Below are positions 10,682 to 21,174 of a stretch of DNA of 50,422 nucleotides, piece by piece. The first letter of the stretch is position 1. Every line of letters begins with the position of its first letter. Location of the stretch: the NCBI GenBank assembly GCA_051646145.1, contig JBOFCQ010000087.1:1-50422 (forward strand), written 5' to 3'. The DNA is from Hyphomicrobium sp. (GTDB lineage Bacteria > Pseudomonadota > Alphaproteobacteria > Rhizobiales > Hyphomicrobiaceae). Both the position numbers and the translations under genes were made by a program. The notes beneath the pieces were generated by a model. That model saw only the letters and a program-made list of their open reading frames with translations, did not search any database and was not told where the DNA came from.

Positions 10682-11941
10682 ATGCGTCGCAGGATCAAGG
10701 CGATCCTGGTCGGCTGCTCCGGCAACCTGGTCGAATGGTACGACTTTTACGTCTATGCGGCCTTCTCGCTCTATTTCGCCAAAGCGTTCTTTCCGGCCGC
10801 CGATCAGACCGCCCAATTGCTGAGCACGGCCGGCATTTTCGCCGTCGGATTTCTGATGCGTCCGCTCGGCGCGTTCCTGTTTGGCCGGCTCGCCGACCGC
10901 AGCGGCCGGCGCACGGCCCTCACGACGTCGGTTTTGATGATGTGCTTTGGCTCCGCGATGATAGCGGTTGCGCCGACATATGAGACGGCCGGCGTGTTCG
11001 CCCCTGCGATCCTGCTCGTTGCGCGGCTGATCCAGGGGCTGAGCCTCGGCGGCGAATACGGCACCAGCGCCACGTATCTCTCCGAAATGGCAACGCCGCA
11101 GCATCGCGGCTTTTACTCGAGCTTTCAGTATGTGACGCTGATCGGTGGCCAGTTGTCGGCCATGCTGGTGCTCATCGTTTTGCAGAAATTCGTGCTGACG
11201 GCGGAGCAGCTTGAGGCCTGGGGCTGGCGCATTCCGTTCGCTATCGGCGCTGCCCTCGCGGTCGTCACCTATCTCATGCGCCGCGATATGCACGAGACCG
11301 ATGCCTTCACGCGTTCGACGCGGCGCGATGGGTCTCTGCGCGGGCTGTTTCGCTATCCACGCGAGGTGATGATCGTCGTCGGCCTGACCGCGGGCGGCAC
11401 GGTCGCCTTCTATACGTACACCACCTACATGCAGAAATTTCTGGTCAACACGTCGGGTTTCAGCAAGGACACCGCCACGTTGATCTCGGCGTCGGCGCTG
11501 TTCCTCTATATGCTGCTGCAGCCGGTGGTCGGGGCCATCTCGGACCGCATCGGCCGCCGGCCGGTGCTGATCGCGTTCGGCGTGCTTGGCCTCTTCTGCA
11601 CGGTTCCGATCCTGACGGCGCTCGGCGAGACGCGCGATCCCATGGTCGCCTTCGCGCTCATCATGGCGGCGCTGGTCATCGTCTCGGGGTACACCGCCAT
11701 CAACGCGGTGGTGAAGGCGGAACTGTTTCCGGTGGAAGTCAGGGCGCTGGGCGTCGGCTTTCCGTTCGCGGTCACAGTGGCGCTGTTTGGCGGTACGGCG
11801 GAATACATTGCGCTCTATTTGAAGATGCTCGGCCACGAGACCTGGTACTATTGGTACGTCACGATTTGTATTGCCATCTCCCTGGTGGTCTATGCCACCA
11901 TGCGCGACACGCGCGAAACGTCCGAGATCGACAAGGTCTGA
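10682..11941 (+). CDS. MFS metabolite:H+ symporter, KgtP-like
   Basis: GNLVEWYDF, MRPLGA, QGLSLGGEYG, KAELFP; start may be GTG at 10649. Confidence 0.9.
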   Translation: MRRRIKAILVGCSGNLVEWYDFYVYAAFSLYFAKAFFPAADQTAQLLSTAGIFAVGFLMRPLGAFLFGRLADRSGRRTALTTSVLMMCFGSAMIAVAPTYETAGVFAPAILLVARLIQGLSLGGEYGTSATYLSEMATPQHRGFYSSFQYVTLIGGQLSAMLVLIVLQKFVLTAEQLEAWGWRIPFAIGAALAVVTYLMRRDMHETDAFTRSTRRDGSLRGLFRYPREVMIVVGLTAGGTVAFYTYTTYMQKFLVNTSGFSKDTATLISASALFLYMLLQPVVGAISDRIGRRPVLIAFGVLGLFCTVPILTALGETRDPMVAFALIMAALVIVSGYTAINAVVKAELFPVEVRALGVGFPFAVTVALFGGTAEYIALYLKMLGHETWYYWYVTICIAISLVVYATMRDTRETSEIDKV

Positions 11942-12130
11942 GTGCGCGCCGAGCGCCGAGCCGTATCGCTCGGCCGTGCGCGTGTTGCCATCGCGCACCG
12001 TTGTTGCGCCTTCTCGATCCGGTGCTCCAAATTTCAAGGAATCCGTAGTGGCTCTGTGTAACTCTCGACATACATATTCGTGTGCCATACCGCACATCGC
12101 CGCCAAATTCGCCAAGAGGCCGCTTTCCGC

Positions 12131-12922
12131 ATGATTTCGACGAACGCTCGTTTCCTCGCCGCCGCCCTGTTTGCCGTCTCCTTTGCCCCCGTTGCCGCCG
12201 CGCAGTCGTCGATCGACCTGCAGGCAGGTGGCGCCGCTGTGGTGACGCCCAAATACGAAGGCTCGAAGGAATACGAGGTTCGCGGCTTTCCGATCGTCGC
12301 GCCGGCTGGCGCCGCCGATGGCAGCGACGGCGGCTTCGTACAGTTCCGCGGCATCGACGACGTGCGCTTCCGCGCGTTGAACTACAGCGGCCTCGAATTC
12401 GGGCCGCTCGCCGGATACCGCTTCGGCCGTGACGAGGACGATGCCGACCGCCTGAACGGGCTGGGCGATGTCGATGGCGGCTTGGTCGTCGGCGCGTACG
12501 TCGCCTACAACTTCGGCATGTTCAAACCGTTCCTGTCCTATCACCATCAGGTGACGGGCGACGATGCCGGCTCGGTGATGCGCTTTGGCGCCGAGACGCG
12601 CTTCGCATTGACGTCCGGCGTCGCGCTGACCGCCATCGCCGGCGCGAGCTACGCCGATGACGATTACAACAGCTCATATTTCGGCGTCACGGCGGCGCAG
12701 TCGGCCGCATCGGGCTTGGCGGTGCATGATGCCGACAGCGGCATCAAGGATGTCTATCTGAGCCTTGGCACCGACATCCCGCTGACCGACGTCATCAGCC
12801 TGAAACTCGGCGCACGATATGCCCATCTGCTGGGCGACGCCGCCGACAGTTCGATCGTCGAGACCGATCATCAGTTCTCCGGTCTCGTTGGGCTGACGTA
12901 CAAATTCTCGCTGCCGCGCTGA
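12131..12922 (+). CDS. MipA/OmpV family outer membrane protein
   Basis: Signal peptide, PKYEGS, SYFGV, DAADSSIV motifs. Confidence 0.88.
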   Translation: MISTNARFLAAALFAVSFAPVAAAQSSIDLQAGGAAVVTPKYEGSKEYEVRGFPIVAPAGAADGSDGGFVQFRGIDDVRFRALNYSGLEFGPLAGYRFGRDEDDADRLNGLGDVDGGLVVGAYVAYNFGMFKPFLSYHHQVTGDDAGSVMRFGAETRFALTSGVALTAIAGASYADDDYNSSYFGVTAAQSAASGLAVHDADSGIKDVYLSLGTDIPLTDVISLKLGARYAHLLGDAADSSIVETDHQFSGLVGLTYKFSLPR

Positions 12923-12941
12923 GCGCGCCGTCGCTCTGGCG

Positions 12942-13766
12942 TCAGATCAACCGCATCGCTTTGAAGCTGGCGTGGCCGCTGCGGCCGACGATGATGTGGT
13001 CGTGGATCGATATGCCGAGCGGGCGCGCGGCTTCGATGATGATTTTCGTCAAATCGATATCGGCGCGCGACGGCGATGGATCGCCTGACGGATGGTTGTG
13101 CACCAGGATCAGCGCCGTGGCGGAGAGTTCAAGCGCGCGCTTCACCACTTCGCGCACATAGACCGGCGTATGATCGACGGTGCCGCGCCCCTGCACTTCA
13201 TCGGCGATGAGCGCATTCTTCTTGTCGAGAAATAGAATGCGGAACTGCTCGACGTTAGCGTAGGCCTGCGCCAGCTTCAAATAATCGAGCACCTGCGCCC
13301 ACGATGAAAGCACGCATTTCTGCGTCACCTGGCTCTTGGCCAGACGTTCGGCCGCCGTCTTGATGAGGCGCAGCTCTTCCACCGCGCGCGCGCCGATGCC
13401 GTCAACTTCGAGCAGGCGGTGATCCGAGGCGTTGACGACTTCCGCGAACGAGCCAAAGGCGGCCAGCAGACGCTTGGCGATTGGCTTGGTGTCGCCGCGG
13501 GCATAGACGCGGAACAAGATCAGTTCGAGCAACTCATAGTCTGGCATCGCATCGCCGCCACCGTTGCGGAAGCGATCGCGCAGGCGCTGGCGATGGCCGA
13601 TGCGATGGTCGGGCTCCTCGCCCGCGCGCGCTAACTTTTCGCGACGTGCAGCGGTGCCTTCGTCGGATGCCGCGTTCGGCTTCGGCGCAACCGGCGCTTC
13701 GAAGAACGACCCCTGACCGGGCTGCGATTTCGAAACGCTGGCTCCGGGCTTGCGGTCGTCGGACAT
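12942..13766 (-). CDS. radC: RadC family (JAB domain) protein
   Basis: [33 protein letters not shown]. Confidence 0.95.
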   Translation of the reverse strand: MSDDRKPGASVSKSQPGQGSFFEAPVAPKPNAASDEGTAARREKLARAGEEPDHRIGHRQRLRDRFRNGGGDAMPDYELLELILFRVYARGDTKPIAKRLLAAFGSFAEVVNASDHRLLEVDGIGARAVEELRLIKTAAERLAKSQVTQKCVLSSWAQVLDYLKLAQAYANVEQFRILFLDKKNALIADEVQGRGTVDHTPVYVREVVKRALELSATALILVHNHPSGDPSPSRADIDLTKIIIEAARPLGISIHDHIIVGRSGHASFKAMRLI

Positions 13767-13795
13767 GGGCGTGTCACCGGAAAGCGTTCACCGTC

Positions 13796-14629
13796 TCAAG
13801 CGGCTGCAGGCATCTTATAGGGCGGCTGATCGAAACCAGCGGGCGATTCCGTGAAAATCTCGCAGCCCGTCGCCGTCACGCCGACGGTGTGCTCGAACTG
13901 CGCCGACAATTCGCGGTCGCGTGTCACGGCGGTCCAGCCGTCGGGCAGGATTTTGACGTGCGGCTTGCCGAGGTTGATCATCGGCTCGATGGTGAAGAAC
14001 ATGCCGGCTTCGAGCACGGCCCCTTCTCCCCGGTTGCCGTAATGCAAAATGTTCGGCCGGTCGTGGAAGACGCGGCCGAGGCCGTGGCCGCAGAAATCCC
14101 GGACCACGCTGCACCGCTCCGCTTCGGCGAAGGCCTGGATCGCGGCGCCGATGTCGCCGGTCGTGTTGCCGGGCTTTACTTCGGCGATGCCCTTCTGCAG
14201 CGATTTGTACGTGACGTCGATCAGCCGCTCGGCGCGGCGCGTGATTTCGCCAACCGGATACATGCGGCTGGTATCGCCATGCCAGCCGTCGACGATCAGC
14301 GTCACGTCGATGTTGACGATCTCGCCTTCTTTAAGCGGTTTTTCATTGGGAATGCCGTGGCATACCACGTGATTGATGGACGTGCAGATGGCGCGCGGGA
14401 AGCCGCGGTAATTGAGCGGGGCGGGTATGGCGCCGTTGTCGAGCGCGAACGCGAGCACCAGGTCGTCGAGCCGGCTCGTCGTCACGCCGGGCACCACGTA
14501 GGGCACCAGCATGTCGAGCGCGCGCGCCGCCATCTGTCCTGCCTTGCGCATGCCCTCGAAAGCTGCCGCGTCGTTCAGCCGGATCTTTCCATCGCGGCTG
14601 GCGTTCCGGTTAACGTCTACATTCGACAT
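13796..14629 (-). CDS. map: Type I methionyl aminopeptidase
   Basis: CHGIP, NIDVT, GWHGDTSR, CGHGLG, TIEPM, SAQFEHT; start uncertain (14629 or 14650). Confidence 0.96.
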   Translation of the reverse strand: MSNVDVNRNASRDGKIRLNDAAAFEGMRKAGQMAARALDMLVPYVVPGVTTSRLDDLVLAFALDNGAIPAPLNYRGFPRAICTSINHVVCHGIPNEKPLKEGEIVNIDVTLIVDGWHGDTSRMYPVGEITRRAERLIDVTYKSLQKGIAEVKPGNTTGDIGAAIQAFAEAERCSVVRDFCGHGLGRVFHDRPNILHYGNRGEGAVLEAGMFFTIEPMINLGKPHVKILPDGWTAVTRDRELSAQFEHTVGVTATGCEIFTESPAGFDQPPYKMPAAA

Positions 14630-14739
14630 AAGATTTACCGCTGGCCCCAAGTCTCTCGTCTATGTCGGGAAAATAGTGCAAAATTCGTTGAGTGCAATCG
14701 ACGTCCGGTCAAGAAGGCGTCGCGACAAGGGAGGTTATC

Positions 14740-15999
14740 ATGAAACTGCATCGCGCCCTTCTCCTAAGCGGGGTCTGTGCCGGATTGTTGTCCGGAACCG
14801 TTACCGCTCAATTGGATTTTTCACGGGAAACCTCGGCAGATCGCGCGCCCGCCGATCGCGGTCTGATCGTTGTTGCAGAGGATACCGCCGCGCCGGCTGA
14901 AGCGGCCGCCGAGGCCGCAGCACCGGCCGATCCGGCCGCCGCACCCCCCGCCGCCGCGAATGCCGGCGTCACCAGCTACTATGGCGACACGGCGCCAGCC
15001 ACCGCGCCGGCATGGGCCGCTGAGGCCGCCATGAACCCCGATTATGTCGCCGATCCCGCATCGGCCCCCACTGAGGCACAGTCGTCAGAGCCGCTGCCAG
15101 CGCCCGTGACCGCCAGCGATGAGCCCGCCGCGCCCGTTCCCGCCTATGCCGCGGAAGCGACGATGAACCCGGACTACTCTGCTGACGCGACGACGGCCGC
15201 ACCTGCCGCAGAGCCGGCAGCAGCGGAGGCTGCGCCAGCAGAAGCGCCAGCGGCTGAGCCCGCCGCCGCTGCCGAGGCACCCGCTGAAGCCGCTGCTGAA
15301 GCGCCTGCCGCCGCGCCCGCTGCAACGGCTGCTGGCGTCACCAGCTACTACGGTGAAACCGCGTCCGTCGCATCGTCACCCTTCTCGGCCGAAGCGACGA
15401 TGAACCCGGACTACACGGCGGAAGCGCCCGCCACGCCGGCAGCAGCCGATGCCCCGGCGGCTGAAGCGCCTGCTGCCGAAGCTGCCGCGGCACCCGCCGC
15501 CACGGCTGCCGGTGTCACGAGCTTCTTTGGCGATACCACACCGACCGGTACGCCGGCTTGGGCGGCTGAGGCGACCATGAACACCGACGCCGCACCGGCC
15601 GCCGCCAGTGCTTCGACGCAACAAGCGGTTGAAGCGTGCCGCGATGCGCTCAACGCCGAAGCCATGACGGGCTCGATCCTGTTCGCCACCAGCAAGTGGG
15701 ACGTGCTGCCGCAAAGCTATCGCACGCTCGATAAGATCGCCAAGATCGCCAAGGATTGCAGCGCCAGCTTCGTCATCGAAGTGGGCGGGCACACCGATAG
15801 CGTCGGCAAGGAAGCCAGCAACAGAACGTTGTCGGAGCTGCGTGCGCAAGCGGTCGTCAAATATCTGACGCGCGCCGGCATCGATGCGGCAAAGCTGAAG
15901 GCCGTCGGCTACGGCGCCGATAAGCCCGTCGCCGATAACGACAGTACGGCCGGTCGGCGCAAGAACCGCCGTATCGAGTTTCTGGTGACGAACGGCTGA
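14740..15999 (+). CDS. OmpA/MotB-like peptidoglycan-binding protein with Ala/Pro-rich repeat region
   Basis: Signal peptide; C-terminal GGHTDSVG, LSELRAQAV, KNRRIEF; GGAGG RBS. Confidence 0.88.
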   Translation: MKLHRALLLSGVCAGLLSGTVTAQLDFSRETSADRAPADRGLIVVAEDTAAPAEAAAEAAAPADPAAAPPAAANAGVTSYYGDTAPATAPAWAAEAAMNPDYVADPASAPTEAQSSEPLPAPVTASDEPAAPVPAYAAEATMNPDYSADATTAAPAAEPAAAEAAPAEAPAAEPAAAAEAPAEAAAEAPAAAPAATAAGVTSYYGETASVASSPFSAEATMNPDYTAEAPATPAAADAPAAEAPAAEAAAAPAATAAGVTSFFGDTTPTGTPAWAAEATMNTDAAPAAASASTQQAVEACRDALNAEAMTGSILFATSKWDVLPQSYRTLDKIAKIAKDCSASFVIEVGGHTDSVGKEASNRTLSELRAQAVVKYLTRAGIDAAKLKAVGYGADKPVADNDSTAGRRKNRRIEFLVTNG

Positions 16000-16042
16000 T
16001 CTGGGCCGCGCAGCGTCACCACGCACACCTTCCTGAACAACG

Positions 16043-16073
16043 AAAAACGGCGGCCCGCAAAGGCCGCCGTTTT
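16043..16073. terminator. Bidirectional intrinsic terminator
   Basis: aaaacggcggcc-cgcaa-aggccgccgtttt between convergent genes. Confidence 0.8.
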
Positions 16074-16123
16074 GAGTATCAGAAGTTTGCAGCGCGCACG
16101 GCCCTGAGGCCCGCGCGGCCAGC

Positions 16124-16822
16124 TTAGCCCTGGGCTTCTTCAGCCGGCACTTCGCCCGCCGTCAGTTCAGCCATCAAGCGCTGGGCCTGACCGACCCAAT
16201 CCTGCTTTTCGATGGCGCCCTTGAGCGACAGCGTTTCATCGACGTTCGCGATGTCTTCATCCGAGAACGTGGCGATCTGTTCGATCTTGTAGCAATTGAG
16301 CTGCTTCAAGCGGCCGGCGAGATCCGGCGAGATGCCCTTGATCTGCGTCAGGTCATCCGGCTCGCCCTTCGGCTTCTTGAAGCCTTTCCAGGCAGCGTTC
16401 AGGCGGCGGGCGCGGGCGTCCGTACGTTCGAAGATGCGCGCGGCCTTACCGCGGCGGCCACGCAGATAATAAAGCTTCGCGCGGCGCACCTTGCCGCGGC
16501 GGATCACTTCGATTTCGGCGATGTAGGGCGAATAGATCGGGAAGACGCGCTCGACGCCTTCGCCATAGGAAATCTTGCGGACCGTGAAGCTCTCGTTCAA
16601 GCCTGCGCCGGAGCGCGCGATGACGACGCCTTCATAGGCCTGGAGGCGTTCGGTCGGACCTTTGTCGACGACCTTCTTCTTCTTGTCCTTGGGGTCGGTC
16701 TCGGCGGTTTCGATAACCTTCACCATCACTTTGACGGTGTCGCCGGGGCTGAATTCGGGAATGCCACGCTTCGCGAGCACGGCATCCATCTGCTCGCGCT
16801 CGAGCTCCTGGATGATATTCAT
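16124..16822 (-). CDS. rplS: 50S ribosomal protein L19 with C-terminal helix-hairpin-helix extension
   Basis: [45 protein letters not shown], then [11 protein letters not shown]...DWVGQA. Confidence 0.95.
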   Translation of the reverse strand: MNIIQELEREQMDAVLAKRGIPEFSPGDTVKVMVKVIETAETDPKDKKKKVVDKGPTERLQAYEGVVIARSGAGLNESFTVRKISYGEGVERVFPIYSPYIAEIEVIRRGKVRRAKLYYLRGRRGKAARIFERTDARARRLNAAWKGFKKPKGEPDDLTQIKGISPDLAGRLKQLNCYKIEQIATFSDEDIANVDETLSLKGAIEKQDWVGQAQRLMAELTAGEVPAEEAQG

Positions 16823-17125
16823 CGTCGTTCTTCCTTTTTCATCATTGAAGCAGAGGAGCGGCCCGAGACGCCACAAGGGCTCCGGAGTGCTCGTGCAACC
16901 CCGCGTGCGGGGCGACCCATTTTCGGGATATTGGAGGGGTTCCTAACCCAACCCGGCGGAAATGTCGAGTGGTGGCCTGCCGGGGCGCCTGCGACGCGCT
17001 GCACCGGGCCCGCAAGTGCTTGTGTTCGCCGCTATTTGTTAAAGGCGGCGCGAGGCGGTACACAGGCGGCGGCGCCGCATTCCGCCGCCAGTTCAGCCCG
17101 CCCAAGGGCCTGCAAGAGGTTCGAT

Positions 17126-18076
17126 ATGGCCCGACTACGCATTGCCGTCCAGATGGACCCCATCGGCAGCATCGACATTCGCGGCGACAGCACCTTCGCG
17201 ATCCTGCTCGAAGCGCAACGGCGCGGGCACGACCTGTTCTACTACACGCCGCCCAATCTGGCGCTACATGGGCAGCGGCTGTTGGCGCGCGGACAGACGC
17301 TCTCCGTCAAGGATACAGCCGGCGATCACTACGCGCTGAGCGATCCCCGCGTCGAAGATCTCGCCACGCGCGATGCGGTGTTGCTGCGCCAGGACCCGCC
17401 CTTCGACATGGGCTACATCACGACGACGCATCTGCTCGAGCGCATCCACCCGAAGACGCTCGTCGTCAACGATCCGGCTCACGTGCGCAATGCGCCTGAA
17501 AAATTGTGGGTGCTCGACTTCCTCGATCTGATGCCGCCGACGCTTGTCACGCGCCAGCTTGACGACGTGCTGGCCTTCCGCGCGCAATACAAGGACATCA
17601 TCATCAAGCCGCTCTATGGCAACGGCGGCGCGGCGGTGTTTCGTCTGAAGCCCGAAGACGGCAACGTGTCGTCGCTCGTCGAACTCTTCCAGACGGTCTT
17701 TCGCGAGCCGTTCATGGTGCAGGAATATCGCCCCGAGGTGAAAGCCGGCGATAAGCGGATCATCCTCGTCGATGGCGAAGTGGCGGGTGCCATCAATCGC
17801 GTGCCGCAAGAGGGCGAGACGCGTTCGAACCTGCACGTCGGCGGCACGGCGCGCGCCGTCGAGCTGACAGAACGCGATCGCGAAATCTGCGCGCGGTTGA
17901 AACCTGAATTGAAGCGGCGCGGCCTCATCTTCACCGGCATCGACGTCATCGGCCCGTATCTCACCGAGATCAATGTCACCTCGCCGACGGGCATCCGTCA
18001 GGTGAAGGCGTTTGGCGGCAACGATATCGCGGCCATGATCTGGGATGTCATCGAGAATAAAGTCGCCGCCCGATAA
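17126..18076 (+). CDS. gshB: Glutathione synthase
   Basis: [38 protein letters not shown]. Confidence 0.97.
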   Translation: MARLRIAVQMDPIGSIDIRGDSTFAILLEAQRRGHDLFYYTPPNLALHGQRLLARGQTLSVKDTAGDHYALSDPRVEDLATRDAVLLRQDPPFDMGYITTTHLLERIHPKTLVVNDPAHVRNAPEKLWVLDFLDLMPPTLVTRQLDDVLAFRAQYKDIIIKPLYGNGGAAVFRLKPEDGNVSSLVELFQTVFREPFMVQEYRPEVKAGDKRIILVDGEVAGAINRVPQEGETRSNLHVGGTARAVELTERDREICARLKPELKRRGLIFTGIDVIGPYLTEINVTSPTGIRQVKAFGGNDIAAMIWDVIENKVAAR

Positions 18077-18109
18077 CCGCGACGGGATAAGCGCCACCAG
18101 GAGAGCCGA

Positions 18110-18532
18110 ATGCCGATAGAGATCGTGTTGCCGATGGGCGTTCTGGCGCTGTGGACGCTGATCGTGCTGCTGCTCATCCCCATCACGCGTATTCGCGCGG
18201 CGCGGGCCGGACGCGTGCACGTCAAGGATTTCCGCTACGGCGAAAGCCCAAATGTGCCGGGCGACGTCTCGCTGCCGAACCGCGATTACATGAACCTGCT
18301 CGAACTGCCGGTGCTGTTCTACGCCGCGTGCCTCGTCGCCTACGCGTCGCAGCGCATCGACCCGGTGATCGTCACGCTCGCATGGGCATTTGTCGGCGCG
18401 CGCGTGGCGCACAGCATCGTGCACCTCACGTACAACAATGTGCTGCACCGCCTGGTCGTGTTCGCGCTCGGCGCCCTGATCGTGATGGCGATGTGGGTGT
18501 GGCAACTGTGGTGGGTCGCAGAGCGCCTCTAG
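18110..18532 (+). CDS. MAPEG family membrane protein
   Basis: NLLELPVLFY, AWAFVGARVAHSIVH. Confidence 0.88.
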   Translation: MPIEIVLPMGVLALWTLIVLLLIPITRIRAARAGRVHVKDFRYGESPNVPGDVSLPNRDYMNLLELPVLFYAACLVAYASQRIDPVIVTLAWAFVGARVAHSIVHLTYNNVLHRLVVFALGALIVMAMWVWQLWWVAERL

Positions 18533-18567
18533 TCTCGCGCCTCTAAGCGCAATAGCGGTGCCGCGAC

Positions 18568-18948
18568 ATGGACTATCTTGAACTTCTCAAAGTCATCACC
18601 GTGCTCGTCGCGGTCGTCACCGGCGTTCTGAAACTGACCGCCGCGTGGCGCAGCGATCGCGCGGGCACCATCACGGGCCTGCGTCTCGCCGCTCTCTACA
18701 TGGCCTATTGCGTACTCGGCATCGGCATCGCGGTGGCGCTGCTCGATGGCCCGCAGCCGCAAGACAAAGCCCTGGCGTTGACGGCGTTCCTTCTCGCCTG
18801 GATCATGCTTGGCGTGCTGTGGCTGGCGCGCGCCGTGCCGCGCACCGGTCCGCTGCCATCTTGGATCGGCCGTCACTACGGATGGCAGGACGGTCTTCTG
18901 GCGGCGTCGGCAATCGTCGGCCTAGCCTACTATCTGCTGGCGGATTGA
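18568..18948 (+). CDS. Hypothetical membrane protein
   Basis: About four hydrophobic segments; co-oriented after the MAPEG gene. Confidence 0.7.
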   Translation: MDYLELLKVITVLVAVVTGVLKLTAAWRSDRAGTITGLRLAALYMAYCVLGIGIAVALLDGPQPQDKALALTAFLLAWIMLGVLWLARAVPRTGPLPSWIGRHYGWQDGLLAASAIVGLAYYLLAD

Positions 18949-19141
18949 ATTTGCGGCGCGGTTAACAACGTCCGCGCGAACTTGCCGATCTCGCCTTGCG
19001 CGGGCGCCGCCGAGACGCTTTTCTTCGGCAACCTGTCACGCGGGGAACATCGCGGGCGGCGCGGTCATGCGACAACCGCTGCAACACAGATCGGCGATGC
19101 GATCGAAGAGACGCATCAAGTCAAGCAGGGAGATTTTCGTC

Positions 19142-19933
19142 ATGGCCACCATCTTCGGCAACGCCAGAGCCAACAAGCTCGTCGGCACATCGTTCGCTGA
19201 CCGCATGCAGGGGTTCGAGGGCAACGATCTCATGCTCGGCAACAACGGCAACGACATCATGCTCGGCGCGTCGGGCAATGACGATATGCGCGGCGGCAAT
19301 GGCAACGATCTCATCAAAGGCGGCGACGACAACGACAAGATCAGCGGCGGCAACGGCAATGACCGGCTGCTTGGCGAAGACGGCAGCGACGTCATCAAGG
19401 GCGGCAACGGCAACGACCGCATCATCGGCTCGGATACGCTGGATTTCGCCGCCGACCGCATGTTTGGCGAAGCCGGTAACGACATCATTTTCGGCGGCAA
19501 TGGCAACGATCGTCTCGATGGCGGCTTTGGCAACGATACGCTTAAAGGCCTCAGCGGCAGCGATGGCCTGACCGGCGGCGGCGGCAACGATTTTCTCGAC
19601 GGCGGTTCGGGCATCGACCTGCTCGACGGCGGCTCGGGCGCCAACCTGCTCGTCGGCGGCGGCAGCAGCGACATCTTCCGCTTTCGCTCGGATGCCGGCA
19701 CGGTCAACGTGATCCAGGACTGGAACTTTGCGTCGAGCTTCGGCGAGGAAGACGACGTGATCCTGCTGCAGGGCATTTCCGGCGTTACGTCGGTCGCCAA
19801 TGTTTTCGTCACCGATACGGTGGATGGCGTTTTCGTGCAGTGGGGCGCATCGGTCGATACGCTCGTCGGCGGCGTCATTCTGCAAGGCGTGTCGAGCACG
19901 CAAATCGATGCCGGCGATTTCATTTTCGCCTGA
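19142..19933 (+). CDS. RTX-type calcium-binding repeat protein
   Basis: Many GGxGxDxL nonapeptides; T1SS-like C-terminus DAGDFIFA. Confidence 0.9.
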   Translation: MATIFGNARANKLVGTSFADRMQGFEGNDLMLGNNGNDIMLGASGNDDMRGGNGNDLIKGGDDNDKISGGNGNDRLLGEDGSDVIKGGNGNDRIIGSDTLDFAADRMFGEAGNDIIFGGNGNDRLDGGFGNDTLKGLSGSDGLTGGGGNDFLDGGSGIDLLDGGSGANLLVGGGSSDIFRFRSDAGTVNVIQDWNFASSFGEEDDVILLQGISGVTSVANVFVTDTVDGVFVQWGASVDTLVGGVILQGVSSTQIDAGDFIFA

Positions 19934-20064
19934 ACCGGGTTTGCGCCGGCGCGCACAGGTGCACGTCGGCGCTTCGCGGCGCATCGGCACGCGGGCGCGC
20001 TGAACTGCATGTCGGCACGTCGCGACGCGCGACGCCCGGCCCGCTCCACAATTCTCCCGCCCGT

Positions 20065-20079
20065 GTTCATTATTTGTTC
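20065..20079. promoter_or_regulatory. Alphaproteobacterial LexA (SOS) box
   Basis: GTTC-ATTATTT-GTTC, exact GTTC-N7-GTTC. Confidence 0.7.
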
Positions 20080-20204
20080 TTTACAAGAGTTCGGGATATT
20101 ATACTTCCCAAACCCAGAATCGTGTATGGGAGGGCTAGCCAATGAATGAGCTAGCACCGCATCGCGAATTCAAATGGCGTCCCGCGGTCCTGTGTGGAGG
20201 TGTC

Positions 20205-21026
20205 ATGATCCGAATCTCGCTTTCGTATCCCTACGATATCGGAGTTTCGTTCGAACGGTTGAGGCAGGGGTTGGTGCAGGGCCAGCCAATCAGTTCGGTG
20301 AAGTTCGAACTTGCTGAAGTTGAAGACCAGCTAGCTGGTTTGTTTCACCCCCAAGCGATTTATTCCCAAGCGCTTAGAGGTTCATTCCACGACGGCAACG
20401 TGCTTTACGAAGCCATCAAGAAGCTAACAACAGACTCCGATCCCACCCGATTGCTAGATTTTCGCGACGTATACAGCGTGATCGGCGCGCTGGAGACTTT
20501 TGAGCCGATCTTGAAGGGTGAGCTACGGGCCGCGGACGCCTACTTTGTCAGTAAAAAAGGTGGCTTTGACACGATTGACTTGATTGTGCGTGCGGAGGTT
20601 CTATTTCCGGCAGATCTGCCAGACAAAGTGCCTGATGCAGTTCCTGATATTCAAGAGGCTGGTCGTTGCATCGCCTTTGATCTGGGAACAGCTGCTGGTT
20701 TTCACCTGCTTCGCGCGAGCGAAGCAGTACTCTTGAAATACTGGGATGCTGTAACGGCTGGCGCGCCCCGGCCGAAGAACCGCAATCTTGGCCGCTACAT
20801 AAAGCGATTGGATGAAATGCAAGCGGGCGACGCGAAGGTCCGCGCCACTTTGCGTCAGATAAAGGATTTACACCGGAATTCGTTGGTGCATCCCGAAGAC
20901 GTTCTAACCGCAGATGAGGCGATCGATCTCTTAGGCATTATCCGCAGCGCCGTCTCTGCTATGCTGAAGGCCATACCGCCTCCGCCATTGGTTCTTACTT
21001 CCGAGGATGATCCTGAGGGCGCTTAG
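20205..21026 (+). CDS. HEPN-like (DUF4145-type) protein, IS cargo
   Basis: AAGFHLLRASEAVL helix and Rx4H motif RNSLVH; GGAGG at 20196-20200; alternative start 20142. Confidence 0.6.
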   Translation: MIRISLSYPYDIGVSFERLRQGLVQGQPISSVKFELAEVEDQLAGLFHPQAIYSQALRGSFHDGNVLYEAIKKLTTDSDPTRLLDFRDVYSVIGALETFEPILKGELRAADAYFVSKKGGFDTIDLIVRAEVLFPADLPDKVPDAVPDIQEAGRCIAFDLGTAAGFHLLRASEAVLLKYWDAVTAGAPRPKNRNLGRYIKRLDEMQAGDAKVRATLRQIKDLHRNSLVHPEDVLTADEAIDLLGIIRSAVSAMLKAIPPPPLVLTSEDDPEGA

Positions 21027-21162
21027 GCGCCTTTGGCACCAGTTTCCGAAATGCGGCATCTACATTTTTGCCGCTGCTGTCGACCTCAAGTTCCTTCGCG
21101 GTTTCCTGAAACCGTTTGAACTGCTCTTTAGGGTCTAGGGCTGGTGTTTTCTTCTTGGGCAT
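20995..21162 (-). CDS. Small 55-aa protein, IS cargo
   Basis: Manual translation MPKKKTPALDPKEQFKRFQETAKELEVDSSGKNVDAAFRKLVPKAPKRPQDHPRK; starts 12 nt after the NYN stop; not in the ORF track. Confidence 0.6.
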   Translation of the reverse strand: MPKKKTPALDPKEQFKRFQETAKELEVDSSGKNVDAAFRKLVPKAPKRPQDHPRK

Positions 21163-21174
21163 AGCTTCAAACCG

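Noticed and set aside
10562-12547. 661-aa minus-strand ORF and similar long antisense ORFs (7331-8323, 17264-18505, 23063-24298, 33939-35132)
   Set aside because: Shadow frames opposite well-supported genes in GC-rich DNA; no recognisable motifs.
12942-13766. radC as a mobile-element or anti-defence marker
   Set aside because: Full-length radC next to map is the usual chromosomal arrangement in alphaproteobacteria.
19200-19670. ggcggcaacggcaacgac-type repeats
   Set aside because: Explained by RTX nonapeptide coding.
20084-20095. 12-bp target duplication caagagttcggg
   Set aside because: The terminal ggg and c belong to the TIRs; 8 bp fits the IS1595 family, though 9 bp cannot be excluded.
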